A stretch of DNA of 64,000 nt from Candidatus Bathyarchaeota archaeon (GCA_963780185.1 CAWABA010000011.1:32001-96000); one strand, 5' to 3'. Positions 1-9,934 are shown, counted from the first letter of the stretch. Program-made: numbers and translations. Notes: a model not told the origin generated them from the letters alone.

Positions 1-2
1 CA

Positions 3-158
3 AATCTGTCGGTGCAATGCGAAAAGTTGACTACGATGGCCAAGAACAAGGATTGGAAGCCGCTTTTAGCTTCGGCGGAGAAACGATCCGAAAAAGTTTC
101 AGCTACACTTGAAAAGCTGAACAAAAAGACGATGGAAGCAAGACAAAAACAGAAGTAG
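3..158 (+). CDS. 3' end of an unknown protein (partial, runs off the window start)
   Basis: Open frame NLSVQCEKLTT...KKTMEARQKQK* ending TAG at 156-158, convergent with the next gene. Confidence 0.5.
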   Translation, partial: NLSVQCEKLTTMAKNKDWKPLLASAEKRSEKVSATLEKLNKKTMEARQKQK

Positions 159-167
159 TCTTCTTCC

Positions 168-1028
168 CTAGCAGTTTTCTTCGTAGCCCCTTAGTAAACT
201 GTCAATGTCTAAACCGACTTTTTCGCCCATGTACCCGCCTTCCAAAACAAAAAAGGCAGGCTTCTTAATGTTTGCAATTCTTTTGCCGATTTCCCAGTAG
301 TCACTGTCAACCAAACCTAAAGAAGCTAAATCCCCGAAATGCGTGTCAAAACCGCATGAAACCGCAACCGCCTCAAATTTGCCGAAATCAACCAAACCCA
401 AGGCTTTATCCAACGTCTCCAAATACAAATCTCCTTTGACGTTGAGCGGCAAAAAGAAGTTGATGCAGTTTCCCTCGGTATGAGAGCCTGTTCCCGGGTA
501 ATTTGGCGATTGATGCACGGAAACGTACGTGACCTTCTCGTTGCCTTGAAAAATCTCTTGGGTCCCATTCCCATGATGCCCGTCAACGTCCAAAATCAAC
601 GTTTTTTTAGCCTGTTTTTCAACTGCTATCGCAATGTTGTTGAGATAGCAGAATCCACGCGTATGAACACCTAACGCAGCGCCGCTTCGACCTACATGAT
701 GGCCTGGGGGACGCATAAGAGAGAAACCGCCAATTTGACTAGCCAAAATTGCGCCGCCAGCCGAAAGCCTCGCGTACTCGTAGATTTTGTCGTATGCAGG
801 CGTGTCGGCATCCTCCACTAACCCCTTCTTCAGTTTCCAGAGGTATTCGGCGTCATGAACCGCAAGCAAGTCGTCTTCGCTTGCTGGCTGTGGCTCCAAA
901 AAATCGTAACCTTTCGCTTTCAAAATTTCCGATGCAACCTTAACTCTTTGCGGTCCCTCGACGTGCCACGTTCCATAGCCTAAACATTTTTCAGAATAAA
1001 CTATCTTGGTTTTCATCGGCAACTGCAT
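168..1028 (-). CDS. Histone deacetylase / acetylpolyamine aminohydrolase family protein
   Basis: RPPGHH, GFCYLNN, LDVDGHHGNGTQ, GFD and LEGGY motifs. Confidence 0.95.
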   Translation of the reverse strand: MQLPMKTKIVYSEKCLGYGTWHVEGPQRVKVASEILKAKGYDFLEPQPASEDDLLAVHDAEYLWKLKKGLVEDADTPAYDKIYEYARLSAGGAILASQIGGFSLMRPPGHHVGRSGAALGVHTRGFCYLNNIAIAVEKQAKKTLILDVDGHHGNGTQEIFQGNEKVTYVSVHQSPNYPGTGSHTEGNCINFFLPLNVKGDLYLETLDKALGLVDFGKFEAVAVSCGFDTHFGDLASLGLVDSDYWEIGKRIANIKKPAFFVLEGGYMGEKVGLDIDSLLRGYEENC

Positions 1029-1112
1029 CCATTACACAGATAAGTAACGACTTAACTTTAAAAGATAACGAAGCAAGTTTGCCGATCCTAATCAAACGGA
1101 GTAAAGCAAATA

Positions 1113-3062
1113 ATGATTTCAGAAAACCCTTTCGAACAGTTCCGCATTGAATGCCAAACCGTGTTAGCGGACGCCCTAAAGAGAGCCCTGCCAGAAATAA
1201 ACATGCCCAACATCACGTTGAGCAAAACCCCTAACATCGAGTACGGTCAGTTGGCTTCATCACTTTGTTTCGAGCTTGCCAAGAAACTGAATCAGAAGCC
1301 GCTTGCCGTAGCAGAACACCTTGCCGCCGCGATTGACGCGTCAAGCTTCAACTTGATTGAGAAAGTTTCCTGCGCAGGCGCTGGCTACATCAATTTTCAC
1401 CTCAACTTCGCAAAGTTTTCAGCCCTAACGCTGGAGTCCATTAAGACGCTAAAGTTTGAGTACGGATTCGTCAAGATCTCTAAGCCGACCAAAATCATCG
1501 TTGAGCACACCAGCGTTAACCCCCTTCACCCAATCCATATCGGGCAAGCTAGGAACCCGATGCTGGGCGATGCCTTGGCGCGTATTTTGGAGTGCAGGGG
1601 ACACAAAGTCTCAACGCACTACTACATCGATGACGTCGGCAGACAATCATCCGTCATCGCCTACGGGTATGACAAACTGGGCAGACCAAAACCCAACGAG
1701 AAACCAGACCTTTTCGTCGGCAAAATCTACACAGTAACCAGTTGCCTCGTTGAAATTAACCGTTTGAAGCGGGTGTGTGAGCTTGCCGCGGCTGTTAATT
1801 CTTTGGATGATTTGGCAAAGGCGAACAGGGAAATCGATGAGTGGATGTCGATTGCTGCGGAGCTCAAAGAGAAGTATCCCGAGCTGTTTGAGGCTTTGAC
1901 GGATAAAATCGGGATGGATGAGAATCCAGAGGAAGAAATCAACAGGCTCAACCGCGCATATGAAGACGGCGAACCCCACGCGAAGCAGCTTATCCGCGAA
2001 GTCAGCGACTTATGCCTTGAAGGCTTCAGGGAAACCATGAAGCGCGTCGGTGTCACATACGACAGTTGGGATTGGGAAAGCGACTTTGTATGGAGCACCC
2101 AAGTCAGCGAGGTTATGCAGAAGCTGAAGACGTCGCCGTTTTTGTTCAGCGAAAAAGGCGTGATGCAGTTTGACGCTGAAAAGGTCACGCAGGTGCTTGG
2201 ATTGAGGGGTAAGCTGGGGTTGAGCGAGAACAATGAGGTTCCGCCGTTGACGCTTATGCGGGCTGACGGCACCACTCTCTACACGACCCGCGACATCGCA
2301 TACACCCTGTGGAAGTTCAAGCACGCGCAGAAAGTCATCAACGTCATCGGCATGGAGCAGTCGCTGGCGCAACTTCAACTTAAATTGGCATTATACGCGT
2401 TGGGCTACGGCGAATACGCCGACAACCTGGTTCACTTCGCCTACAATCTGGTTACTTTGCCTGGCTACAAGATGAGCAGCCGCAGAGGACACTACATCAC
2501 TTTCGACGCGGTTCTCGACGAAGCAGTCCAACGAGCTTACGAAGAAGTTTCGAAGCGTTCTCCTATGCTTTCGGAGGAGGAGAAACGTAAAATCGCCAAC
2601 TTCGTCGGGTTAGGCGCTGTTCGCTACGCCCTTGTCGACGTTGACTCATCCAAGCCTGTCGTCTTCACCTGGGAACGTGTGCTCAACTTCGAAACCAACA
2701 GCGCACCCTACGTCCAATACACTCATGCAAGAGCCTGCAGCATCCTACGCAAAGCCGAACGGGAACCAGAAAAGCCAGCGTACAACCTGCTTGTTGAGAA
2801 GCTTGAACGCGAATTAGTCGTGAACCTTGCAGGTTTCCCAGACGCCTTCATCGAAGCCACAGAATACCTAAAACCCAACCTAATCGCCGACTACGCAAAC
2901 GCGTTAGCAGACAAATTCAACACGTTCTACAACGCCTTACCTGTGCTGAAAGCGGATTCAGAAGGATTAATCGACGCACGCCTAACACTGACGCAAGCTA
3001 TAGAAATCGTGATGCACAACGCCCTAACACTTATCGGAGTTGTCGCACCCGACAAAATGTAA
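1113..3062 (+). CDS. argS: Arginine--tRNA ligase
   Basis: EHTSVNP..HIGQARN (HIGH-like), KMSSRRG, APYVQYTHARACSIL. Confidence 0.98.
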   Translation: MISENPFEQFRIECQTVLADALKRALPEINMPNITLSKTPNIEYGQLASSLCFELAKKLNQKPLAVAEHLAAAIDASSFNLIEKVSCAGAGYINFHLNFAKFSALTLESIKTLKFEYGFVKISKPTKIIVEHTSVNPLHPIHIGQARNPMLGDALARILECRGHKVSTHYYIDDVGRQSSVIAYGYDKLGRPKPNEKPDLFVGKIYTVTSCLVEINRLKRVCELAAAVNSLDDLAKANREIDEWMSIAAELKEKYPELFEALTDKIGMDENPEEEINRLNRAYEDGEPHAKQLIREVSDLCLEGFRETMKRVGVTYDSWDWESDFVWSTQVSEVMQKLKTSPFLFSEKGVMQFDAEKVTQVLGLRGKLGLSENNEVPPLTLMRADGTTLYTTRDIAYTLWKFKHAQKVINVIGMEQSLAQLQLKLALYALGYGEYADNLVHFAYNLVTLPGYKMSSRRGHYITFDAVLDEAVQRAYEEVSKRSPMLSEEEKRKIANFVGLGAVRYALVDVDSSKPVVFTWERVLNFETNSAPYVQYTHARACSILRKAEREPEKPAYNLLVEKLERELVVNLAGFPDAFIEATEYLKPNLIADYANALADKFNTFYNALPVLKADSEGLIDARLTLTQAIEIVMHNALTLIGVVAPDKM

Positions 3063-3093
3063 TCCTGCCCTTTTTTTCAAGCTTCTTTCTACG

Positions 3094-3338
3094 TCATTTT
3101 TGTGGTGGTTTTTGGTCACAAATACTAAACCCCCTCCCTCGGTCTTTGAAACCATCTTTACCTTGAAATTTTGATGTAAAAATGGGGTACCCCTCTCAGA
3201 TGCTCCATCTCTCTCACAGTCTACCCTCCCGGTCTACTAGATGAACTAAATATGGCCCAAACACGATTCAACATGCTTCAACATAGACGCGGAGCGCGTG
3301 GAATTGTATGTAGAAACGCTCCTTTTCAACATAGACGC
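3094..3338. repeat. Dispersed intergenic repeat modules (copy 1) plus a 14-bp direct repeat
   Basis: Reverse complement matches 44759-44876 and 30361-30401; TTCAACATAGACGC at 3277 and 3325; CTTCAACATAGAC also at 9901-9913 on the minus strand. Confidence 0.7.
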
Positions 3339-3367
3339 ACGTAAAATCCATTAACAAAAAAGTCAGC

Positions 3368-3679
3368 TCACCTTTGTTTTCTTGATTCACTGGGTGATTT
3401 CTCGCTAAAGGTTTCCAGGAAACCCTGCATTCTCCAGTAAGTATCCAAAAACTCCAAACCTCGAGGTGACGCAAAATAGTAGGTGCCCTCATCGTCACTG
3501 AGCCTTCTCATTAGCCCAAGGGAGCAAAGGTTCTCAACCATGCTTCGCAGCCTATCCACAGGGACGCCGACGCCATAGGACAACCGAGTAATTTTAACCC
3601 CTTCAGGGTAACCAATCAGCACTTCCAAGATAGCGGCGTAAAGCTGCGTCTTTGACCGCTTAGACTCATTTCGAGGCAT
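3368..3679 (-). CDS. Winged helix-turn-helix protein
   Basis: ITRLSYGVGVPVDRLRSMVENLCSLGLM...YFASPRGLEFL, typical archaeal wHTH pattern. Confidence 0.8.
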   Translation of the reverse strand: MPRNESKRSKTQLYAAILEVLIGYPEGVKITRLSYGVGVPVDRLRSMVENLCSLGLMRRLSDDEGTYYFASPRGLEFLDTYWRMQGFLETFSEKSPSESRKQR

Positions 3680-3715
3680 TGCAAACTATCTCCCTGGGGC
3701 AGTCATAGCTGTTCC

Positions 3716-4948
3716 TCAAAAAGGCGGAGGCGGCAATTTTTCTACTTTTCGAGGAGGCTGGCTGATTGATACGCCGAAGTTCGCCTTTAATTCTTGCGTG
3801 TAAATTACTTGTTCAGCTGCGCTGCCTTGTTCCATAGCCACGGTTTCGCCAAATATGCGTTCGACCCTGCACATGGGGCCAATAACGACTTCTTTACCGT
3901 AAATGTCATCAACTCTTGCCATTCCACCCGCCATCGCCCAAGTTGTTGCCCAATTCGTGCTCCAGCCGCCAAAGCTTACGTCTGCGCTCTTGCCAACCTC
4001 AACACGCTCACCAATCAAGAATCCTTCAACTCGGCTACCGCTGCGGACAGTCACCTGTTTAGCCTTAAGCCCTTGATCGGTCTCTGTTTTGCCGCTGATA
4101 TCGGCTTCTTCACGGATAATTATTTTGTTTGCCTCTAGCTTGCCGCTGATTCTAAGGGTGCCGCTTTCTAAGGTGCCTTCTATTTCTGTGTTCCCGTAAC
4201 CTTCAACCTTTTCTGAAAACAGGGATCCAGCAACTTCGAGTTTACCTCCGACTTCTACGCGTTGCGCATGGCAATTGCCTTTTACTTCGATGGCGCCGCC
4301 CACTTCAATGAAGTCGCAGGTTAAGTCTCCGTCTACTTCCAATTTGCCATAGGTTGAGACTCGATGTCCCTTGCAACCTGCAGGTAAAAAGCCCCTGCCA
4401 TAAACGAGCAGTTCACCGAATTCAAGCGGGCATTTGCTGCTGAATTTTCCGCCGACTCTTATGCTACCTGAGATGGAGCCGCCTCCAACCTCAGCTTCGC
4501 CGCCAACGTGCAAGTCGCCTAGTTTGACTGTGCCCAAGGCGCTTACTTTGCCGCCTACGTCAACGCTAGATGCTTCAAACGTGTTCTGGATATCGGCTCG
4601 TCCGCCCACCCTTATTCTACTGCAGCTAAGGGCGCCTGCAAAGATTTTTCCGCCTACATCAATGTCTTGTGCTTTGATTGTTCCTGTTGTTTCTATTGAG
4701 TGCCCCACGTCGAGTCGTTTATGCACTGTAAGGTTGCCGTTCACTGCAAGTCTTCCGCTGCGGCACTCCAGCGAGTCACATTCCAAGTCACCATCCACTT
4801 GGGCGCTTCCTTCAAAGACAGCGGCTTGCGTAACAACTACTGTTTTACCATTGAGAGCTTGAATTATTGCGTGGTTCCCTGCCCTGAGTTCGCCTTCCAC
4901 CCTGTCAAGAGTCGCGGTTTGTCCGCGTGGAATATTTAAATCTGGCAT
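3716..4948 (-). CDS. Bactofilin-like (polymer-forming, beta-solenoid) repeat protein
   Basis: Many ~16-17 aa repeats of the VGG-x-x-E-V-x-G-x-L type across the whole length. Confidence 0.7.
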   Translation of the reverse strand: MPDLNIPRGQTATLDRVEGELRAGNHAIIQALNGKTVVVTQAAVFEGSAQVDGDLECDSLECRSGRLAVNGNLTVHKRLDVGHSIETTGTIKAQDIDVGGKIFAGALSCSRIRVGGRADIQNTFEASSVDVGGKVSALGTVKLGDLHVGGEAEVGGGSISGSIRVGGKFSSKCPLEFGELLVYGRGFLPAGCKGHRVSTYGKLEVDGDLTCDFIEVGGAIEVKGNCHAQRVEVGGKLEVAGSLFSEKVEGYGNTEIEGTLESGTLRISGKLEANKIIIREEADISGKTETDQGLKAKQVTVRSGSRVEGFLIGERVEVGKSADVSFGGWSTNWATTWAMAGGMARVDDIYGKEVVIGPMCRVERIFGETVAMEQGSAAEQVIYTQELKANFGVSISQPPRKVEKLPPPPF

Positions 4949-5023
4949 GGCTTTTAGTACACTTCTTGTACTTTTAAGGGTGATTCACTTTGCGTTAGTG
5001 CCACCATTTTCGGTTGCCTCAGT

Positions 5024-5884
5024 TTATTCAGCCTTCAACGCTCTGCGGGCGATCAAGTATCCGATTAGTCCCAACACAACTGCGAAAACGACGAGGTAGA
5101 GCATGTTTCCAGCTAAAGTCGACATTTGTGCTGCGTTCAGGTTCCCGTTCACTATGAGGAGCCGAGCGGTCTCGGAAGCCTTGGTTACTGGGTTTACTTG
5201 GGCTATTTCTTTGAGCCATGATGGAAATGTTGTGAGGGGAAACATGGCGCTGCTCATGAACACCAAGGGAAACGCTAAGAAGTTTATGATGGCGATAAGC
5301 GAGTCGACTTGTCTTACGGAGAAGGCGACTGCGGTGAAGAGACAGCCGAACCCAAACGTCAACAGCCCAAAAGCCACGAAGACTCCTAAGAGGTTAAGCA
5401 CGCTAAAGCCCGCGCCAAATGTCAACCCGTTTGGAAGAAGAATCGCCACAATGAACGCCAGCACCGCTAGGAACATGGCTTTAATAACGTTCTGCATTGT
5501 ACCCGAGAAGAATATGGATGCTCTGGAAATGGGTGCGCTGAGCAGCGAGTTTAGGTAGCCTAGTTGCCTGTCGAGGACTATGTCGATTCCGCCGTACGCC
5601 ATGTTGATTATCACTATGAACGCGATGACGCCTGCCGTGAGGAATGTTATGTAGTTGGCTGCGCCGCCGAAAACCTGAGACATTGCAGATTTAATTTGAT
5701 CTACCAAAACGGGGGACAGCGGAGTGCCTCCGATTTGGGTGGGAACGAGGTTAACTGGGTTAAATGAGCTGCCGAAAAGGGCTAGCCAAAAGACTGCGGT
5801 GAAAAGTCCCGGCATGATGGCGGCTGTGTTGCGGATCCATTTTTTGAGTGACCGCGCCGTTAAGGCTAAAGTGTCGGTGAACAT
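5024..5884 (-). CDS. ABC-2 type exporter permease (DrrB-like)
   Basis: Multiple TM segments; FMSSAMFP..FPSWL..IAQVNPVT motif; follows the ABC ATPase. Confidence 0.92.
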   Translation of the reverse strand: MFTDTLALTARSLKKWIRNTAAIMPGLFTAVFWLALFGSSFNPVNLVPTQIGGTPLSPVLVDQIKSAMSQVFGGAANYITFLTAGVIAFIVIINMAYGGIDIVLDRQLGYLNSLLSAPISRASIFFSGTMQNVIKAMFLAVLAFIVAILLPNGLTFGAGFSVLNLLGVFVAFGLLTFGFGCLFTAVAFSVRQVDSLIAIINFLAFPLVFMSSAMFPLTTFPSWLKEIAQVNPVTKASETARLLIVNGNLNAAQMSTLAGNMLYLVVFAVVLGLIGYLIARRALKAE

Positions 5885-6877
5885 TTACTTCAACCTCTCA
5901 AGTAGGACTCGTTGACCGAAGGAATCGCCGTTTGCTGCTCCGTCCCGCATGGTGTTGCCTGTGATTTGCAGAAAAACTTGGTCAAGTGTCGGCTTAGTCA
6001 AATTTATGTCGGAGATTTTGAGCCCGCTTTTAGTTACTGCTTCAATTACTGTCGGGAGTGCATCGGTTCTGCCGAGTTTGATGCTGTAAACTCCGCCTTC
6101 CTTCTTAACTTCCGCCACGTCTTGAATGGCGCGCAGCCTTGTAGATATGTCAGCCCCCGCCGTAAGCTGAAGCGTTAGTATGGTTCCACCGAGTTTGCCC
6201 TTCAATTCGGAGGGACAACCCGACACTTTGATGACGCCACTGTCGATTATTGCAATTCTGTCGCATAAAGAGTCAGCTTCCTCCAAATAATGTGTCGTCA
6301 TAAACACTGTTATGCCGTTTTCACGGTTAAGCTGCCGAATGTAAGCCCACATTTTCTGCCTTGTCTGAATATCCAGCCCCAACGTCGGCTCATCCAAAAA
6401 CAGAATTTTCGGCTCATGAATAAGCCCCATCGCCAACTGCAACCGCCTACGCATCCCGCCAGAATAAGTTTTAACCTGCCTCTGCGCGGCTGCTTCAAGT
6501 TCCAGAAGAGACAGCAAATCCTGCGCCTTCTTGCGTGCGCTGACGTTTGGGACGTGGTGAAGTTTAGCTGAGAGAAGCAGGTTCTCTATGCCTTTTAGCT
6601 CGTCGTCGGCGGTGAGTTCCTGAGGCACCATCCCTATGGCTTTTCGCACTGCCGACGGATTTTTTGCGACGTCGTAGCCTGCAACAGTGGCTTTTCCCGA
6701 TGTTATGGTTGCCAGGGTGGTCAGCATTTTGATGGTTGTGGTTTTTCCTGCGCCGTTTGGACCTAGGAAACCGAAGATTTCTCCCTCTTCAACCGAGAAA
6801 GAGATGTGGTCAACCGCCTTAACTGATTTCTTGTAGATTTTTGTGAGGTCTTCAGCCTCGATTATTTTATTTTTCAT
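5885..6877 (-). CDS. ABC exporter ATP-binding subunit (DrrA-like)
   Basis: GPNGAGKTT, YSGGMRRR, LFLDEPT; start taken at ATG 6877 (MKNKIIE). Confidence 0.95.
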   Translation of the reverse strand: MKNKIIEAEDLTKIYKKSVKAVDHISFSVEEGEIFGFLGPNGAGKTTTIKMLTTLATITSGKATVAGYDVAKNPSAVRKAIGMVPQELTADDELKGIENLLLSAKLHHVPNVSARKKAQDLLSLLELEAAAQRQVKTYSGGMRRRLQLAMGLIHEPKILFLDEPTLGLDIQTRQKMWAYIRQLNRENGITVFMTTHYLEEADSLCDRIAIIDSGVIKVSGCPSELKGKLGGTILTLQLTAGADISTRLRAIQDVAEVKKEGGVYSIKLGRTDALPTVIEAVTKSGLKISDINLTKPTLDQVFLQITGNTMRDGAANGDSFGQRVLLERLK

Positions 6878-7051
6878 CCGATTCACTTCTGTCTGGCTAA
6901 GTCGGCGAATCTCAATAAATAGGCAGTTCACAACGGGTAAACACAAAAAGTACACACAATAAGTTACCCATATCAATTCAATTATTCAAATCAAACGTTT
7001 TAAAATGCGCTAGTGAAACCAATTAAAGGCACTTGTAAAACAAACGAAAAG

Positions 7052-7387
7052 TCAGAACTTTTCAAGGTATTCTTCGAATTGTTTTCTATCTCTGAGGCAC
7101 TGCGGGCAGACGCAGCTTAGCGGGAGGTTTTTGGTGGTGCATAACTCGAGGTATTTGCAGTCGTCGCATGCGAAGTCTTTGCCGCATCTGGTGCAACTTT
7201 GAAGAAAAGCCACCTCAGTGCCCAGGATCCCCGCGATTGTGTCCATCAGTTTCTCGATGTTGTTGCAGTCCTTTATCGAGAAGATTCCTCGCTCACGGTC
7301 GTAATCAAGACCAAGATTCATTAAAAGGATGAATTTTTCTCGCTCCACCCTCGGAAGCTTGAAACCCTTCGGACTTAAAACAGTCAC
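7052..7387 (-). CDS. Hypothetical Cys-rich (putative Zn-binding) protein
   Basis: CTRC, CDDC and CVCPQC clusters; directly downstream of rfcL. Confidence 0.7.
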   Translation of the reverse strand: MTVLSPKGFKLPRVEREKFILLMNLGLDYDRERGIFSIKDCNNIEKLMDTIAGILGTEVAFLQSCTRCGKDFACDDCKYLELCTTKNLPLSCVCPQCLRDRKQFEEYLEKF

Positions 7388-7399
7388 CCGCGAGTCCTC

Positions 7400-8641
7400 C
7401 TAGTACCTGTTCATTTTAACGAGGAAATCTACCTCTTCGGGCGTGAACTTAAACCAGGAAGTCAGCGGGCTCGATTTCTGCTGCTGAAGCAACATTTTGA
7501 TGTAGGGTACGAAGTCGCGTTTGGCTTTCTCATGGGAAACGTGGCATTGAACGCCTATTTTGCCGCAGATGGCGTCAAGCATTGACCTTTTGCCTTTGGT
7601 CCAGAACAGGGTTATGATGCGTATCGGCGGCGTGATGAATTCAAAGGGCTGGTAGGACTCGGGGCAAACTGAAGCAGCTTGGGACATGGAGTTGAAGAAG
7701 TATCTTAGAAGATGCCAGTTTTCTGTGCCTACTCTTCCGCGGAAAACGTCGGCTTGCGAGACGAAAGCGTAGGCGGCGGCAAGTTCATCTGGATTCGTGT
7801 AGCGTTTAGGCAGGTTATCGCCCACAGACATCAAGAACTCGTCGTAGTCAACGTTTGAGCGGCTCAGCAAGGTTGAGGCTTCAAGGAGGTTTTTAGCGGA
7901 AAAGTACCCTCGGAGTGTTTCGTCCATGCTCATGTCCTTGTTTCTTGAAGTAAGCGCCATGGTGTCTTGAAGTGTTAAGACATGGTTTTCTTCGCTGACG
8001 CTTTGCAAATCGTTTATGGCTGAGCGAACATCTCCTCGGCTGTTCTGCGCGATGTGTTCAAGTGCTTCAAACTCGGCTTTGAGGTGTTCCAGCAGGCAGA
8101 TTTTCTGAAGCAAAGAGATGAGAAGCGGAATTCTTATCTGCTGAAAACGGATAAGCAAACAAACTTTCTTTAGCGGTCTTAGCTTGCTCAGGTCAGGGTC
8201 GTTTGCCGCCATAATAACGGGCACTTGGGATTTCTCAACGATATCTATAATGGCGCTAACTCCGCCCCTATCTTCGTTGCCAGCTATGCCGTCTACTTCG
8301 TCGAGGAAGAGGATGTTGCCTTTGCCCGGCGTTTTCGTTGAGAAGGTGTCTAAGGCGACGTAGGAAGTGGCGGGTTTGGCGACGGCGTTTATGGCTTTTT
8401 CCGACCGCGTATCGCTGGCGTTCATTTCAATGATGGTAAAGCCAAACTCTTTCGCAGCGGCATTAACCAACGCAGTTTTCCCGACTCCCGGCGGCCCATA
8501 AAGCAGCACGGCTTTCCTAGTTTTGCTTTTACGTTTACCTTTAATCCACTCGACAAACGTGGCTTTCGCTTCTTCGTTGCCTACAATGTCCTCTATTTTT
8601 TGGGGGCGGTATTTTTCAACCCACAAAATGTCATTTTTCAT
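7400..8641 (-). CDS. rfcL: Replication factor C large subunit
   Basis: WVEKYRP, GPPGVGKT, EMNASD, FLDEVD, GDVRSAINDLQ; start at ATG 8641. Confidence 0.96.
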   Translation of the reverse strand: MKNDILWVEKYRPQKIEDIVGNEEAKATFVEWIKGKRKSKTRKAVLLYGPPGVGKTALVNAAAKEFGFTIIEMNASDTRSEKAINAVAKPATSYVALDTFSTKTPGKGNILFLDEVDGIAGNEDRGGVSAIIDIVEKSQVPVIMAANDPDLSKLRPLKKVCLLIRFQQIRIPLLISLLQKICLLEHLKAEFEALEHIAQNSRGDVRSAINDLQSVSEENHVLTLQDTMALTSRNKDMSMDETLRGYFSAKNLLEASTLLSRSNVDYDEFLMSVGDNLPKRYTNPDELAAAYAFVSQADVFRGRVGTENWHLLRYFFNSMSQAASVCPESYQPFEFITPPIRIITLFWTKGKRSMLDAICGKIGVQCHVSHEKAKRDFVPYIKMLLQQQKSSPLTSWFKFTPEEVDFLVKMNRY

Positions 8642-9647
8642 AGGTTTCCATGATGCCTCTGCCAAATTTAGCGAATTGTGCAAGCAACGCGCTCAACTGT
8701 ATGTCGCTGTTGGCGCCCTGCGTTAAGCGATAATCGTATTCGCCGATCAAGTTGGAGATTTCTGCTTTCTGTTCAGGCGTCAAATCTGACATCTTGAAGA
8801 TTTCCCGTTGCACCTGACGTATTATTTCGGAGCCTGAGAACCCGTAAGAACCCATTATGTCATACATTTTTTTCCGAGCTTCCATGAAGTCGCCGAACAA
8901 AGCTTTCCTAATCATCTGCTGAACCTGCGCTGGACTGGCTTCCCCAATGACCAAAGACACAGTTTTTTCATCCACCAACCCATCCCTGTAGGATGAAGCG
9001 GTCTGCAACACGTTTATGGCGTGTCTGAGGTCGCCTTCGGAGAAATCAACGATTCTGTCAGCTGCTTCTGGAGACAGGTTAACTTTTTCGTTTTTGGCTA
9101 TGCATAAAAGTTGTCCTTTCATCGCTTGCTTGTCAAGTCTTGAAAAACGGAAGATGGCGCATCGGCTCTGTATGGGCTCAATTATCTTGCTTGATTGGTT
9201 ACAAATTAGAATGAACCTGGATGTGCGGGAACCTGTCTCCATTATTCTTCTCAAAGCCGTCTGGGCTGGACCCGTCATCTGGTCGCATTCATCGAGGATA
9301 ATCAGGGAGAACGGAACGTTTTCGAAGCCTGAGCGGCTGTAACGCGAGAAATCTTTTATTCGTTCACGTACGGTGTCGATGCCTCTTTCGTCAGAGGCGT
9401 TAAGCTCCAGCGTGAAGCTTTTCCAGTTCGGACCGAAGAGCTCATGTGCGATGCAGAGCGCTAGGGTGGTTTTGCCTGTGCCGGGTATGCCTGCGAACAT
9501 TAGGTGGGGCATGGTTTTGGGGTTTTTCATGAAGGATTTGAGGCTTTCAACGATGTCGCATAAGTCTACGACTTCGCTGAGGTTTTTGGGTCGGTACTTT
9601 TCGACCCACATGAGTGCTTCTTCGTTAGCTGCCATTAAGTTAAACAC
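8631..9647 (-). CDS. rfcS: Replication factor C small subunit (no intein)
   Basis: WVEKYRP, GTGKTT, ELNASDERG, IQSRC. Confidence 0.97.
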   Translation of the reverse strand: MFNLMAANEEALMWVEKYRPKNLSEVVDLCDIVESLKSFMKNPKTMPHLMFAGIPGTGKTTLALCIAHELFGPNWKSFTLELNASDERGIDTVRERIKDFSRYSRSGFENVPFSLIILDECDQMTGPAQTALRRIMETGSRTSRFILICNQSSKIIEPIQSRCAIFRFSRLDKQAMKGQLLCIAKNEKVNLSPEAADRIVDFSEGDLRHAINVLQTASSYRDGLVDEKTVSLVIGEASPAQVQQMIRKALFGDFMEARKKMYDIMGSYGFSGSEIIRQVQREIFKMSDLTPEQKAEISNLIGEYDYRLTQGANSDIQLSALLAQFAKFGRGIMETYEK

Positions 9648-9753
9648 CTTTCACTACAAATTATTACAATAACGAGTTGGAATATGCCCATTTAAGTTTT
9701 CCCCACTCGGTTTTGTCTACGGTTTTGTTTGGTTATCTTTCGGGGTTTTGTTT

Positions 9754-9933
9754 ATTTTTTAAGTTGAGACTTTTGGTTTGGTGAAAGTTGCGACTTTCCG
9801 CCTCAGGTTTTTGTGTTTTGGGTTGCTTTGCTGTTTTAGGCTTGGCTTCTGCTTGAACAATGCGACTTTGGGATGGGCAGGTTGCGACTTTGTATGTTGA
9901 GTCTATGTTGAAGTTATTGTCGGTTATGGGCGG
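9754..9933. repeat. ~180-bp dispersed non-coding repeat (copy A)
   Basis: Colinear with 48439-48616; 32 bp identical (9902-9933 vs 48585-48616); palindrome GAAAGT-TGCG-ACTTTC at 9783-9798. Confidence 0.9.
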
Positions 9934-9934
9934 G

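Noticed and set aside
1727-2275. Long antisense or overlapping ORFs from the track (e.g. 1727-2275, 5103-5558, 62350-62883)
   Set aside because: Shadow frames of well-supported genes with no recognisable motifs.
7400-9647. Inteins in RFC subunits
   Set aside because: Lengths are normal and motifs are continuous through Walker A.
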